The notes under the pieces were generated by a model. It saw only the letters and a program-made list of their open reading frames with translations. It was not told the origin of the DNA and ran no database searches. A DNA stretch of 64,000 nt from Anaerolinea sp. (GTDB lineage: Bacteria; Chloroflexota; Anaerolineae; Anaerolineales; Anaerolineaceae), in contig JARKPU010000055.1 of assembly GCA_029975055.1 (NCBI GenBank), positions 17,251-81,250 on the forward strand, written 5' to 3'. Position 1 is the stretch's first letter. Each line of letters begins with the position of its first letter. Below, in pieces: positions 45,477 to 55,865 of the stretch. The position numbers and the translations under genes are program-made.

Positions 45477-46870
45477 TGATCGCCTACCCTGCATCCATCG
45501 TCGCGCACGAAGGCACCCGTTACACCCTGGTGCGCCTGGCCTCCGGCGAGAAGGCCCTGCTGGTAGAGGGCCGGGCGGGCGGCTTTGAGCCGCTCGGCCA
45601 AACCCCCGGCGGGGGCGTGCTCTGCCCGCTCACAGCGGCCAATGCCGCCGCGCTGCGCGCCAGGCTGCCCTGGCTCAACCCCGCGCCGCTGGGCCGCCGC
45701 GCATCCATCGGCCTGGGCGACCGGCTCGGCCTGGCCACACCCGGCCATGCCCGCGCCGTGCAGGGGTCGGGCACCCTGCCGGTCTTCGCGCAGCAATCGG
45801 TGCGCGAGAATGCCCGCACCGGCCGCACCCCCCAGCAGGTGCTGGATGACGCCGCCTGGGGGGTCTTCCAATCCGGCTGGCAGGGCCCCTGGGGCGCAGA
45901 TGCCGATCACCTCAAACGCGCCGAAGACCTGCCCCCCTTCCTCGCCTCCGGTTACACCTTCTTCACCATCGACCCCGGCGAGCACGTCCAGGCCGTGGAA
46001 CCCGCCGAAACGCCCGATGCGCTGCGCGCCCGGCTGAGCCCCGCCGAGCTGGCGGAACTGCGCGCCGCCTACCGCGGGCGCAGCTACAGCCTCGACAGCC
46101 TCACGCTCTCCTTCGATGAAGAAAGCCTGCTGCGCGCGGCGGTCAAATATGGGCGCGCCGTCGAGCACGCCGTGCGCCTCTACCGGCAGATCGAGCGCTC
46201 GCTGGGCGGCAAGGCCTTTGACTTCGAGCTTTCGGTGGACGAGACCGGGCAGCCCACCAGTCCGCTCGAGCACCTCTTCATCGCCGCCGAGCTCGACCGG
46301 CGCGGCGTGCGCTGCACCAGCCTGGCCCCGCGCTTCGTCGGCGCGTTCGAGAAGGGCGTCGAATACATCGGCGATCTGGTGGAGCTGGAAGACCACATGG
46401 CCCGGCACGCCGCGGTGACGCGCCTGTTCGGCGGTTACAAGCTCAGCCTGCACTCCGGCTCCGATAAATTCACCGTCTATGGCCCGGCCGCCGGCCACAC
46501 CCGCGGCCTGCTGCACCTCAAAACGGCCGGCACCTCTTACCTGGAGGCGCTGCGCGTCGTCGCCCGCCGCGAACCGGGCCTCTTCCGGCGCATCTTCACC
46601 CTCAGCCTGGAGTGCTACCCCTCCGAACGGGCCAGTTACCATGTCTCGGCCCGCCCGGAGCGCCTGCCGCCCCTGGATATGCTCTTCGACGTGGCTCTGC
46701 CCGGCCTGCTCGACCACCCGGATGCGCGCCAGGTGCTGCACGTGGCCTACGGCGCAGCCCTGGCCCGGCACGGCGCGGAGCTGCGCGCGGCGCTCCTGCA
46801 AAACGAGGAAGAGTACGCCGCCGCCCTGGCGGAGCACCTCGGCAGGCATGTGCGGGAGATGAGGGTCTAG
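45476..46870 (+). CDS. uxaE: Tagaturonate/fructuronate epimerase
   Basis: GLGDRLGLATPGH, FAQQSVRE, ADADHLK, FELSVDET, KLSLHSGSDKF, HLKTAGTSYLEALR. Confidence 0.88.
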   Translation: MIAYPASIVAHEGTRYTLVRLASGEKALLVEGRAGGFEPLGQTPGGGVLCPLTAANAAALRARLPWLNPAPLGRRASIGLGDRLGLATPGHARAVQGSGTLPVFAQQSVRENARTGRTPQQVLDDAAWGVFQSGWQGPWGADADHLKRAEDLPPFLASGYTFFTIDPGEHVQAVEPAETPDALRARLSPAELAELRAAYRGRSYSLDSLTLSFDEESLLRAAVKYGRAVEHAVRLYRQIERSLGGKAFDFELSVDETGQPTSPLEHLFIAAELDRRGVRCTSLAPRFVGAFEKGVEYIGDLVELEDHMARHAAVTRLFGGYKLSLHSGSDKFTVYGPAAGHTRGLLHLKTAGTSYLEALRVVARREPGLFRRIFTLSLECYPSERASYHVSARPERLPPLDMLFDVALPGLLDHPDARQVLHVAYGAALARHGAELRAALLQNEEEYAAALAEHLGRHVREMRV

Positions 46871-46951
46871 ACACTCAGGAGACGATCCGGGGCACCTGAG
46901 TGACCGGGCGCCTGATCCCTGAGCGCGAACATCACCACAAGGAGCAGACCA

Positions 46952-47785
46952 GTGATCGAATCGTACCTTACCAACCTCTTCTCCCTTAGCGGGCAGGTGG
47001 CCGCGGTCACCGGGGCCACGGGCGTGCTCGGCGGGGCCATGGCCCGCGGGCTGGCCAGGGCCGGGGCAAAGGTTGCCATCCTGGGGCGCAATGCCGAAAG
47101 CTGCTCCGCGATGGCCGCCGAACTCCAGGCCGAAGGCAGCCAGGCTCTGGCCGTCACCTGCGACGTGCTCGACCCGCCCGCCGTGCAGGCCGCCTGCGCG
47201 CAGGTGGTGGCGGCCTTTGGCAAGGTGGATATCCTCGTCAACTCCGCCGGCGGCAACCAGCCGGGGGCCACCGCCGGGCCGGGCCAGCCCTTCTTCGACC
47301 TGCCCCCCGAAGCCCTCCAGGCCGTCTTCGACCTCAACCTGCTCGGCACGCTCTACCCCTGCCAGGCCTTCGGCGCGCAGATGGCGCGCCAGAAAGGCGG
47401 GGTGATCCTCAACATCACCTCCATGGCCGCCTACCGCCCGCTGACGCGCGTGGTGGCCTACGCGGCGGCCAAGGCCGCGGTGAGCAACTTCACCGCCTGG
47501 CTGGCGGTCCACCTGGCCAGGGAATATTCGCCCGAAATCCGCGTGAATGCCATCGCGCCGGGGTTCTTCCTCACCGCGCAGAATCGCTTTTTGCTCACCG
47601 ACCGCCAGACGGGCGAGCTTTCGCCGCGCGGCCAGGCCATCATCGCGCACACCCCCATGGGGCGCTTTGGCCAGCCCGATGACCTGGTGGGCACGGCCAT
47701 CTGGCTGGCCTCGCCTGCCGCGCGCTTCGTCACCGGCGTGGTGGTGCCGGTGGATGGCGGCTTCAACGCCTTCAGCGGGGTGTAA
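46952..47785 (+). CDS. SDR oxidoreductase, fructuronate reductase (D-mannonate oxidoreductase, UxuB-like)
   Basis: TGATGVLG, NSAGGN, LTRVVAYAAAK, VNAIAPGFFLTAQNRFLL, VDGGFNAFSGV; context after uxaC-uxaE. Confidence 0.75.
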   Translation: MIESYLTNLFSLSGQVAAVTGATGVLGGAMARGLARAGAKVAILGRNAESCSAMAAELQAEGSQALAVTCDVLDPPAVQAACAQVVAAFGKVDILVNSAGGNQPGATAGPGQPFFDLPPEALQAVFDLNLLGTLYPCQAFGAQMARQKGGVILNITSMAAYRPLTRVVAYAAAKAAVSNFTAWLAVHLAREYSPEIRVNAIAPGFFLTAQNRFLLTDRQTGELSPRGQAIIAHTPMGRFGQPDDLVGTAIWLASPAARFVTGVVVPVDGGFNAFSGV

Positions 47786-47824
47786 AGCCCCGCGCCGGGC
47801 ATGGAACGATCTGAGGACAACCCG

Positions 47825-48577
47825 ATGAACGCCACATTCAAATCGAAATTAACCCGCCACGAACGCCTGCTGGGCACGGTCGTCAGCCTGCCGCTGCCCG
47901 AAATCGCCGAGATGAGCGCCAACGCCGGCTTCGACTGGCTTTTCCTCGATATGGAACACGGCCTGCTCGACTTCGACATGGTGCAGCGCATGGCCATGGC
48001 CGCCGGCACGCGCTGCGCCTGCCTGGCGCGCCTGCCCGCCTCCACCAGCGTGTGGATCAAAAAAGCTCTCGACCTGGGCATCGCCGGCATCATCGTGCCC
48101 ATGGTCAACACGCCCGAAGAAGCCGCGCGCGTGGTGCGCCACGCCAAGTACCCGCCCTTGGGGCAGCGCAGCGTGGGCGTGGGCCGCGCCCACCGCTACG
48201 GGGCCAACTTCCGCGTCTATGTGGATATGGCCAACGAACACACCAGTGTCATCGTGCAGATCGAGCACATCCAGGCCGTCGAGAATGTGGAGGCCATCCT
48301 GGAGGTGCCGGGCGTCGATGCCGCGCTCGTCGGGCCGTTCGACCTTTCGGCCAGCATGGGCAAGCCGGGCTTCACCGACGACCCCGCCGTGCGCGCGGCC
48401 ATCCTGCGCGTGCTGGAAGCCTGCAAAGCGCGCGGCAAAGCCGCCGGCATCTTCATGGGCGATACCCCGGGCGCCCGCTGGGCCATCGAACAGGGCTTCA
48501 CGCTGGTGGCCTGCTCCAGCGATATGCTCCAGCTTTCGGGCGCGCTCGGCGGCCTGTTGAAGGAGTTGAAGCCCTAG
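47825..48577 (+). CDS. HpcH/HpaI-family class II aldolase (GarL-like)
   Basis: FDWLFLDMEHG, IIVPMVNT, YPPLGQRSVG, VQIE, GPFDLSASMG; alternative start at 47801. Confidence 0.85.
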   Translation: MNATFKSKLTRHERLLGTVVSLPLPEIAEMSANAGFDWLFLDMEHGLLDFDMVQRMAMAAGTRCACLARLPASTSVWIKKALDLGIAGIIVPMVNTPEEAARVVRHAKYPPLGQRSVGVGRAHRYGANFRVYVDMANEHTSVIVQIEHIQAVENVEAILEVPGVDAALVGPFDLSASMGKPGFTDDPAVRAAILRVLEACKARGKAAGIFMGDTPGARWAIEQGFTLVACSSDMLQLSGALGGLLKELKP

Positions 48578-48628
48578 ACCTTGTGAATCAGAGAAGACCC
48601 GAAAGGTCTCTCGAATGAAAGAGGCCCT

Positions 48629-49888
48629 ATGACTGCCAATGGAATTGGGTTTACCGACCGCTACCTCTCGGAAGCCGAGCTGGCCTCCGTCATCGCCGAG
48701 GGGGTTGAAGCCCTGGGCCTGCCCGGCAGGCGCGTGCTGGTGATCATCCCAGACGGCACGCGCACCATGCCCCTGGCGCAGATGTCGCGCCTGCTCGAAG
48801 AGCAGCTCGCCGGGCGGGTGAAAGCCCTCGATTACCTGGTGGCCCTCGGCACCCACATGCTCATGGATGACGCCGCCCTGAGCCGCCACTTCGGCAGGCC
48901 CGTGACGGGCGGCAGGCTGGGGGCGGGGCGCGTCTTCAACCACCGCTGGATGGACGCCGACACCTTCGTCCGGCTCGGCGTCATCCCTGCCGAAGAGGTG
49001 CGCTCGCTGACGGACGGACTCTTCGCCCAGGAGGTGCCGGTGCGCCTCAACCGCCTCGTGCTGGAGTATGAGCGCATCCTCATCCTCGGGCCGGTCTTCC
49101 CCCACGAGGTGGTGGGGTTCTCGGGCGGCAACAAGTATTTCTTCCCGGGCGTCGCCGGGCCGGAGATCATCAACTTCACCCACTGGCTGGGCGCGGTGCT
49201 CACCAACTACCGCGTCATCGGCTCGGGCTACACGCCCGTCCGTGCGGTGATCGACTCGGCGGCGCGGATGATCCCCACGCCCGCCGGCTGCTTCGCCCTG
49301 GTGGTGACGCACGAAGGCGTCGCCGGGCTGTATTACGGCTCGCCGCAGGAAGCCTGGCAGAGCGCCGCCGCGCTTTCGGCGCACAAGCACATCGTCTATG
49401 TGGAGAAGCCCTACCGCCGCGTCATCTCCGTCATGCCGCGCCTCTATGACGACCTGTGGACCGGCGCCAAAGGCATGTACAAGATGGAGCCGGTGGTTGC
49501 AGACGGCGGCGAGGTGGTCATCTTCGCGCCGCACATCGGCGAGGTGAGTTACACCCACGGCAAAGTGCTGGATGAAATCGGCTATCACACGCGCGATTAC
49601 TTCCTCCAGCAGTGGGAGCGCTTCAAGCACCACCCCTGGGGCGTGCTGGCGCACTCCACGCACGTCAAAGGCCTGGGAACGTATGACGCCGCAACCGGCA
49701 TCGAAAGCCCGCGCATCCAGGTGACGCTGGCAACGGGCATCCCCGCCGCGCGCTGCGAGCGCATCAACCTGAACTACCTCGACCCTGCCGCGCTGTACCT
49801 CGAAGACTGGCAGAACCGCGAGGCCGAGGGCGTGCTGGTGGTTCCGCGCGCCGGCGAGATGCTCTACCGCCTGAGGGAAGGGGTATAA
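48629..49888 (+). CDS. Lactate racemase (LarA) superfamily nickel-pincer racemase/epimerase
   Basis: IIPDGTRT, VALGTH, FNH, PHEVVGFSGGNKYFFPG, GAKGMYK. Confidence 0.85.
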   Translation: MTANGIGFTDRYLSEAELASVIAEGVEALGLPGRRVLVIIPDGTRTMPLAQMSRLLEEQLAGRVKALDYLVALGTHMLMDDAALSRHFGRPVTGGRLGAGRVFNHRWMDADTFVRLGVIPAEEVRSLTDGLFAQEVPVRLNRLVLEYERILILGPVFPHEVVGFSGGNKYFFPGVAGPEIINFTHWLGAVLTNYRVIGSGYTPVRAVIDSAARMIPTPAGCFALVVTHEGVAGLYYGSPQEAWQSAAALSAHKHIVYVEKPYRRVISVMPRLYDDLWTGAKGMYKMEPVVADGGEVVIFAPHIGEVSYTHGKVLDEIGYHTRDYFLQQWERFKHHPWGVLAHSTHVKGLGTYDAATGIESPRIQVTLATGIPAARCERINLNYLDPAALYLEDWQNREAEGVLVVPRAGEMLYRLREGV

Positions 49889-49975
49889 TTTCCTGGCCGC
49901 CTGTCTCACAGGCTTCATCCTTTATTGAACTGAGATCGAGCGGAATTTCGAAGCGCATCAACCGGAGGTATCAAC

Positions 49976-51388
49976 ATGGCAAAAGCATCCATTGGCGTGG
50001 TTGGGCTGGGCGTGATGGGCCGCAACCTCGTCTTGAACATCGAACGCAACGGCTTCCACGTGGCCGTCTATAACCGGACTCAATCGAAAATGCAGGCCTT
50101 CTTGCAGGGCGAAGCCGCCGGCAAGCATATCACCGGCAGCGACTCTTACCCCGCGCTGATGGCCCAGCTCGAAAAGCCGCGCTGCGTGCTGCTCATGGTC
50201 ACCGCGGGCAGCGCAGTGGACGCCGGGATTGAAGAGATCAAGCCTTTCCTCGAACCGGGCGACATCTTGATCGACGGCGGCAATTCCTACTTCATGGATA
50301 CCGAACGGCGCAGCCTGGCGCTCACCGCCGAGGGGCTGCACTTTGTGGGCATGGGCGTCTCGGGCGGCGAGGAAGGCGCGCTGTGGGGGCCTTCCATCAT
50401 GCCGGGCGGCACGCCCGAAGCCTGGCAGGCGCTCGCGCCCATCCTGCGCAAGATTGCCGCCAAAGCCGAGGAAGACGGCGAGCCGTGCGTCACGCACATC
50501 GGGCCGCGCGGCGCCGGCCACTACGTCAAGACCGTCCACAATGGCATCGAGTACGCCGATATGCAGCTCATCGCCGAGATCTACGACCTGCTCTCCCGCG
50601 GGGCGGGCCTGCCCGCCGCCGAGCTGGCGGGTATCTTCGATGAGTGGAACCGGGGCGAGCTGCGCTCGTATCTGATCGAGATCACTGCCAAGATTCTGCG
50701 CCGCACCGATGAAATCACCGGCAAGCCCCTGGTTGAAATGGTGCTGGATGAAGCCCAGCAAAAAGGCACCGGCAAATGGACCAGCCAGAACGCCTTCGAC
50801 ATCGGCGCGCCGATCCCCACCATCAACGCCGCCGTCGAGAGCCGCATCCTTTCCTCGCTCAAGGCCGAGCGCGTCGCCGCCAGCCGGGTGCTGCGCGGCC
50901 CCAGCCCGCGCTTCACAGGCGACCGGGCCGCGCTGGTCGAAGCCGCCCGCGCGGCGCTCTATGCCAGCAAAATCCTCTCCTACGCCCAGGGGATGAGCCT
51001 GCTGCGCATCGCTTCGGCCGAGTACGATTATCACCTCGACCTGGCCGAGATCGCGCGCATCTGGCGCGCAGGCTGCATCATCCGCGCCGGGCTGCTGGGC
51101 GATATCACCGCCGCCTACCGGCGCAACCCGGCCCTGAGCAACCTGCTGCTCGATGACGCCTTCCGCCAAGCCGTAGAGAGCCGCCAGGCCGCCCTGCGCC
51201 ACGTGCTGCAGACGGCCATCGGGCTGGGCATTCCGGCGCTGGCGCTGGGGAGCGCATTGGCCTATTACGATGCCTACCGCAGCGAGCGCCTGCCCGCCAA
51301 CCTCACCCAGGCCCAGCGCGATTTCTTCGGCGCGCACACCTACCGCCGGGTAGATCAAGAAGGCATATTCCACACCGATTGGGAATAG
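49976..51388 (+). CDS. gndA: NADP-dependent 6-phosphogluconate dehydrogenase, decarboxylating
   Basis: [48 protein letters not shown]. Confidence 0.95.
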   Translation: MAKASIGVVGLGVMGRNLVLNIERNGFHVAVYNRTQSKMQAFLQGEAAGKHITGSDSYPALMAQLEKPRCVLLMVTAGSAVDAGIEEIKPFLEPGDILIDGGNSYFMDTERRSLALTAEGLHFVGMGVSGGEEGALWGPSIMPGGTPEAWQALAPILRKIAAKAEEDGEPCVTHIGPRGAGHYVKTVHNGIEYADMQLIAEIYDLLSRGAGLPAAELAGIFDEWNRGELRSYLIEITAKILRRTDEITGKPLVEMVLDEAQQKGTGKWTSQNAFDIGAPIPTINAAVESRILSSLKAERVAASRVLRGPSPRFTGDRAALVEAARAALYASKILSYAQGMSLLRIASAEYDYHLDLAEIARIWRAGCIIRAGLLGDITAAYRRNPALSNLLLDDAFRQAVESRQAALRHVLQTAIGLGIPALALGSALAYYDAYRSERLPANLTQAQRDFFGAHTYRRVDQEGIFHTDWE

Positions 51389-51399
51389 AGACGGACCGG

Positions 51400-51495
51400 C
51401 CTCCCACCCCAACCCCTCCCCCAAGATCGCGGTGAATCCCCTCCCCTGGCCCCTCCCCCAAAAACGCAACGCTTTTGGGGGAGGGGGTTCACCGC
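51400..51495. repeat. Nested CCCTCCCC hairpin repeats
   Basis: A partial CCCTCCCCCAAGATCGCG arm, then GCGGTGAA (51429)...TTCACCGC (51495) enclosing CCCCTCCCCCAAAA...TTTTGGGGGAGGGG. Confidence 0.6.
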
Positions 51496-51514
51496 AAATT
51501 CCATCCTGCTTCCC

Positions 51515-51543
51515 TTGCACGCCGGTTGGAAATGTGCTAGAAT
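51515..51543 (+). promoter_or_regulatory. Promoter of the nusA operon
   Basis: TTGCAC-17 nt-TAGAAT with an extended TGn. Confidence 0.7.
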
Positions 51544-51581
51544 CTGCGTGTCTTAGTGCTGTGCCAATATCGTCGACGTTG

Positions 51582-51610
51582 AAAAGTGGGCCGAACCCAC
51601 TTTTCTTGTT
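51582..51610 (+). promoter_or_regulatory. Terminator-like leader hairpin upstream of nusA (rimP-leader-like attenuator)
   Basis: AAAAGTGGG-CCGAA-CCCACTTTT-CTTGTT lies between the promoter and nusA. Confidence 0.6.
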
Positions 51611-51646
51611 GTAAGAGGTCTTTTGAAGTGGGAGTAAGCTGTAACA

Positions 51647-53548
51647 ATGAAGAACGAGTTTGTCCTGGCCTTCAATGAAGTTCTCGAGGAAAAACAACTG
51701 CCGCGGGAAATCATCATCAAGGCGCTTGAATCCGCCATGGTCTCGGCCTATCGCCGCGCGGTGAACGCCTCGAACGCCCAACAGGTCGAAGCGAAAATCG
51801 ACCTGGAAACCGGTAAGGTGACGATCACCGCCGAAAAAGAAGTGGTGGAGCAGGTGCAAGACCCCCGCACCGAGTGCTCGCTGGCCGAGGCGCGCCGGGT
51901 TGACCCCTCGGCCGAACTCGGCAGCATGGTGCTGGTCGAATCCACCCCGCGTGATTTCGGCCGCGTGGCCGCCCAAACAGCCCGCCAGGTGATCCAGCAG
52001 CGCATCCGCGACGCCGAACGCCAGGCCCAGCTCAGCTTCTACGAAAAGCAGCTCGGTGAGATCGTCTCCGGCGTCATCCAGGCGGTCAACTCGGCGGGCC
52101 TCACCGTCGGGCTGGAAATGCGCGCCGAAGGCACCATGCCGCGCAAAGAAATGATCGGCGGCGAGCGTTTCCGCATTCATGACCGTGTGCGCGCCCTCAT
52201 CGCCGAGGTGAAGGACTCGCCCCGCGGGCCGCAGATCATCCTTTCGCGCACGCACCGCAACTTCTTGCGCCGACTGCTCGAAAACGAAGTGCCCGAAATC
52301 TACCACGGCATCGTCGAAGTGCGCTCGATCGCCCGCGAGCCGGGCGAGCGCGCCAAAGTGGCCGTCTCGGCCACCCAGCCGGGCATCGACCCCGTCGGCG
52401 CGTGCGTGGGCGTCCGCGGCGTGCGCATCCAGGCCATTGTGCGCGAACTGCACGATGAAAAGATCGACGTGATCGAGTGGAACCCCGACCAGGCCCTCTA
52501 CATCGCCAAGGCGCTCAGCCCGGCGCGCGTCCTGGGGGTCTACCTCAACGACAAAACCAACGGCGGCAAGACGGCCACCGTGGTGGTGCCCGAAGACCAG
52601 CTCAGCCTGGCGATCGGCCGTGACGGGCAAAACGCGCGCCTGGCAGCCAAGCTCACCGGCTGGCGCATCGATATCAAGAGCCTGCCCGAAGCCGCTGCCG
52701 ACGCCCTCGCTCACCTGCAGGCCGACCCGGCTTACGCCTTCCTGGCCGAAGCCGAGGCCGAAAAGATGGAAGCCGTCGCCGGGATGCTGGCCCGCAAAGC
52801 CGAGAACCGCCCCCTCACGCCGGAAGAATACGACCAGATGATGCAGTTCGTCGACCGCGTGGAGCGCAAAGTCTCGGCCAAGCGTGCCCCCGAGAAGAAA
52901 GTCGAAGAGCCGCTGGTGCTGGAAGTCCGCTCGAGCATCGACCCGGCCGATTACGAGCGCAGCATCCTCGATAGCAGCCTGCCCGAGCACGTGGCCTACA
53001 CGCTGCAAGAGGCCGGCTACGCCACCCTGGGCGAGCTGGTGGTGCAAATGCTCACCAACCCGGATGAAATCCTCAAGCTGCAGGGCATTGGCCCGCGCGC
53101 CATGCAGGAGATCAACCGCATCGTCGAGAGCGTCTATCACCCGGCCCCGGCCGTGGAGGCCCCCGCCGAACCCGAAGCCGCAGAAGCTCAGCCCGCCGAG
53201 GAAGCCCCCGCCGCTGCCGAACCTGCCGCGGAACTGCCCGTGGAGGCCGCGCCGCTCGAGCCTGCCGCCGTCGAGGCCCTGGCGGCCGGGCCTGCCGCTG
53301 AACCGGCGGCCGCTCCGGTGGCGGAAGAAGAAGAACCATCCTTTGACGAACTCTTCACCCTCAAGCCCGATATCATCCCCGCCGTGACCGGCGACGAAGA
53401 AGAATCGGAGGAAGATCAGAAGGGCAAGAAGAAGGCCGGCAAGAAGGGCAAGAAGAAATTCGTCGAGATCACCTACGACCCAGACGCCGACGTGACCACT
53501 GCGCGCAAGAAGCACAAGCGCGGCGACGAGCCGTGGGATTGGGAATAA
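51647..53548 (+). CDS. nusA: Transcription termination/antitermination factor NusA with long C-terminal extension
   Basis: [15 protein letters not shown]1, [45 protein letters not shown]. Confidence 0.97.
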   Translation: MKNEFVLAFNEVLEEKQLPREIIIKALESAMVSAYRRAVNASNAQQVEAKIDLETGKVTITAEKEVVEQVQDPRTECSLAEARRVDPSAELGSMVLVESTPRDFGRVAAQTARQVIQQRIRDAERQAQLSFYEKQLGEIVSGVIQAVNSAGLTVGLEMRAEGTMPRKEMIGGERFRIHDRVRALIAEVKDSPRGPQIILSRTHRNFLRRLLENEVPEIYHGIVEVRSIAREPGERAKVAVSATQPGIDPVGACVGVRGVRIQAIVRELHDEKIDVIEWNPDQALYIAKALSPARVLGVYLNDKTNGGKTATVVVPEDQLSLAIGRDGQNARLAAKLTGWRIDIKSLPEAAADALAHLQADPAYAFLAEAEAEKMEAVAGMLARKAENRPLTPEEYDQMMQFVDRVERKVSAKRAPEKKVEEPLVLEVRSSIDPADYERSILDSSLPEHVAYTLQEAGYATLGELVVQMLTNPDEILKLQGIGPRAMQEINRIVESVYHPAPAVEAPAEPEAAEAQPAEEAPAAAEPAAELPVEAAPLEPAAVEALAAGPAAEPAAAPVAEEEEPSFDELFTLKPDIIPAVTGDEEESEEDQKGKKKAGKKGKKKFVEITYDPDADVTTARKKHKRGDEPWDWE

Positions 53549-53608
53549 CCGGATGATTCGCGGCCCGGCTGCCGTTGAAGCAGCCAGGCCGCGCACAAGA
53601 AGATTGAG

Positions 53609-53953
53609 GTGGCTAAAAAAGCGCCAAAACGGGTGAAACACGTTCCCCAGCGCACATGCGTGGGCTGCCGCCAGGTGATCGCCAAACGCGGCCTGCTGCG
53701 CATCGTGCGCGGCGTCGAGGGAACCCGGGTGGACCCCACCGGCAAGGCTGCCGGCCGTGGAGCCTACCTGCACGCGCAGCGCTCCTGCTGGGAAAAGGCC
53801 CTCAAAGGCCCGCTGGCGCAGGCCCTCAAAACCGAATTGACCGAGCAAGACCGGGAGTATTTACGAGCCTACATGGCTGGTTTATCGGATGAACCGGACG
53901 ACCACGCAGAGACACACGCCGGGCTTGAGCAGGACACGAAGGATCAACCCTAA
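53609..53953 (+). CDS. ylxR: YlxR (DUF448) RNA-binding protein
   Basis: [26 protein letters not shown]. Confidence 0.9.
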   Translation: MAKKAPKRVKHVPQRTCVGCRQVIAKRGLLRIVRGVEGTRVDPTGKAAGRGAYLHAQRSCWEKALKGPLAQALKTELTEQDREYLRAYMAGLSDEPDDHAETHAGLEQDTKDQP

Positions 53954-54079
53954 GGTACTTATGGACCGCTGATCCTCTGCCCGCCAACCGCTCTAAACCG
54001 CCGCGCGTCTCGCCGGTCTGCCACCTTCCCGCCGGAAGCCCCTTGGGGTTCCGCGGCGGGGCAATCGCAGGAGGTGTTT

Positions 54080-55858
54080 ATGAGCGATAACGGGCGCAAG
54101 AAAATTGAGCTCCCCATGACGGTAACCGTGCGCGACCTTGCCCAGCGCACCGATGCCAGCCCCATTCAGGTCATCAAAATATTGATGTCCAACGGGGTGA
54201 TGGCCAATATCAACCAGCAGATCGATTACGACACGGCCGCCATTGTGGCCTCCGAACTGGGCTTTGAAGTGACCCAGGAGAGCATCGAGGCGGAAGAGGA
54301 AAAAGAAGTCGGCGAGATCCCACTGTGGCGGCGCGTCATCGCCACCGAAAAGGACGCCAGCCTGGTCAACCGCCCGCCGGTGGTGACGATCCTCGGCCAC
54401 GTGGATCACGGCAAGACCACCCTGTTAGATGCCATCCGCAACACCAACGTCGCCTCCGGAGAGGCGGGCGGCATTACCCAGCACATCGGCGCCTACCAGG
54501 TGGAGCATAAAGGCCGCCTGATCACCTTCCTCGACACGCCCGGGCATGCCGCCTTCACCGCCATGCGCGCGCGCGGCGCCCAGGGGGCCGATATCGTCAT
54601 CCTGGTGGTCGCCGCCGACGACGGCGTGATGCCGCAAACCCGCGAGGCCATCGCCCATGCCAAAGCCGCCCGCGTGCCCATTGTGGTGGCCCTTAACAAA
54701 ATCGACAAGGCCGACGCCAACCCCGATTACGTCAAGCGCCAGCTGGCCGATCTGGGCCTTGTGCCGGATGAATGGGGCGGGAACACCCTGGTGGTGCCCG
54801 TCTCGGCCAAGCAGAAGATCGGCATGGAAGACCTGATGGAAGCCATCCTCCTCACCGCCGAATCAGCCGACATCCGCGCCAACCCGAAGGGGAAAGTCAT
54901 CGGCACGGTGGTGGAAGCCTCGGTAGACCGCACCAAGGGCGTGGTCGCCACCCTGCTGGTGCAAAACGGCTCACTCGAAACCGGCGATACCATCGTGGCG
55001 GGCACGGCCTACGGCAAACTGCGCGCCATGTTCGACTTCCGCGGCCGCAAGATCCGCGCCGCGGGGCCGTCTACGCCGGTGCAGGTGATGGGCCTCAATG
55101 AAGTCCCCGGCGTGGGCGAAGTCTTCTCCGTCTATCCCTCCGAGCGCGAAGCCCGCGCCGTGGTGGAAGAGCGCAAGATGCAGGCCCAGGCCCGCGCTCA
55201 AAAGGCCACCAAGGCCAGCCTGGAAGAGCTGTTCTCGAAGGTGCAATCCGGCGAAGAGCGCGAACTGCGCCTGATCCTGAAAGCCGACGTGCAAGGCTCG
55301 CTCGAACCGATCGTCAACTCGATCAACGACCTGAAGAAAGGCGAGATCAACATCAACGTGATCTATGCCGAAACCGGCAACGTCAGCGAGAACGACGTGA
55401 TGCTTGCCTCGGCCTCCAAGGCCATCATCCTGGGCTTTAACGTCTCCGCCGACCCCGCCACGCGGCGCACCGCCGAGGCGGAGGGCGTCTCGATTCGCCT
55501 GTATGACATCATCTACCGCCTGACCGAAGACCTCGAAAAGGCCCTCAAAGGCATGCTGGCCCCCGAAGAGGTGGAAGTGCTGGTGGGCAAAGCCGAGGTG
55601 CACCAGGTGTTCACCATCTCCAAGGTGGGCAACATCGCCGGCTGCCGCGTCCTCCAGGGCGAGCTGCGCCGCAACGGGCGCATCCGCGTGATGCGCGGCG
55701 AGAAGAAATTATTCGAGGGTGAAATGTCCTCGCTCAAGCACCTCAAAGACGATGTGCGCGAAGTGCGCGCGGGCTTCGAGTGCGGCGTGGCGCTGCGCGG
55801 CTTCAACGACTTCGCCGTGGGCGATATCCTCGAATGCATTGTGATCGAAAAGGGTTAG
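54080..55858 (+). CDS. infB: Translation initiation factor IF-2 (short form)
   Basis: [42 protein letters not shown]; AGGAGG SD; alternative GTG start at 54074. Confidence 0.97.
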   Translation: MSDNGRKKIELPMTVTVRDLAQRTDASPIQVIKILMSNGVMANINQQIDYDTAAIVASELGFEVTQESIEAEEEKEVGEIPLWRRVIATEKDASLVNRPPVVTILGHVDHGKTTLLDAIRNTNVASGEAGGITQHIGAYQVEHKGRLITFLDTPGHAAFTAMRARGAQGADIVILVVAADDGVMPQTREAIAHAKAARVPIVVALNKIDKADANPDYVKRQLADLGLVPDEWGGNTLVVPVSAKQKIGMEDLMEAILLTAESADIRANPKGKVIGTVVEASVDRTKGVVATLLVQNGSLETGDTIVAGTAYGKLRAMFDFRGRKIRAAGPSTPVQVMGLNEVPGVGEVFSVYPSEREARAVVEERKMQAQARAQKATKASLEELFSKVQSGEERELRLILKADVQGSLEPIVNSINDLKKGEININVIYAETGNVSENDVMLASASKAIILGFNVSADPATRRTAEAEGVSIRLYDIIYRLTEDLEKALKGMLAPEEVEVLVGKAEVHQVFTISKVGNIAGCRVLQGELRRNGRIRVMRGEKKLFEGEMSSLKHLKDDVREVRAGFECGVALRGFNDFAVGDILECIVIEKG

Positions 55859-55865
55859 ACGCACC

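Noticed and set aside
49958-53848. 1296-aa minus-strand ORF, and similar long ORFs at 4876-6873, 9197-11455, 40376-42454, 45464-47650 and 33685-35376
   Set aside because: These are antisense shadows of well-supported genes, expected at high GC; they have no recognisable motifs or start signals
53954-54079. Stop-free in-frame gap suggesting ylxR-infB readthrough
   Set aside because: Forty stop-free codons are unremarkable at this GC content, the stop is TAA, and infB has its own strong SD
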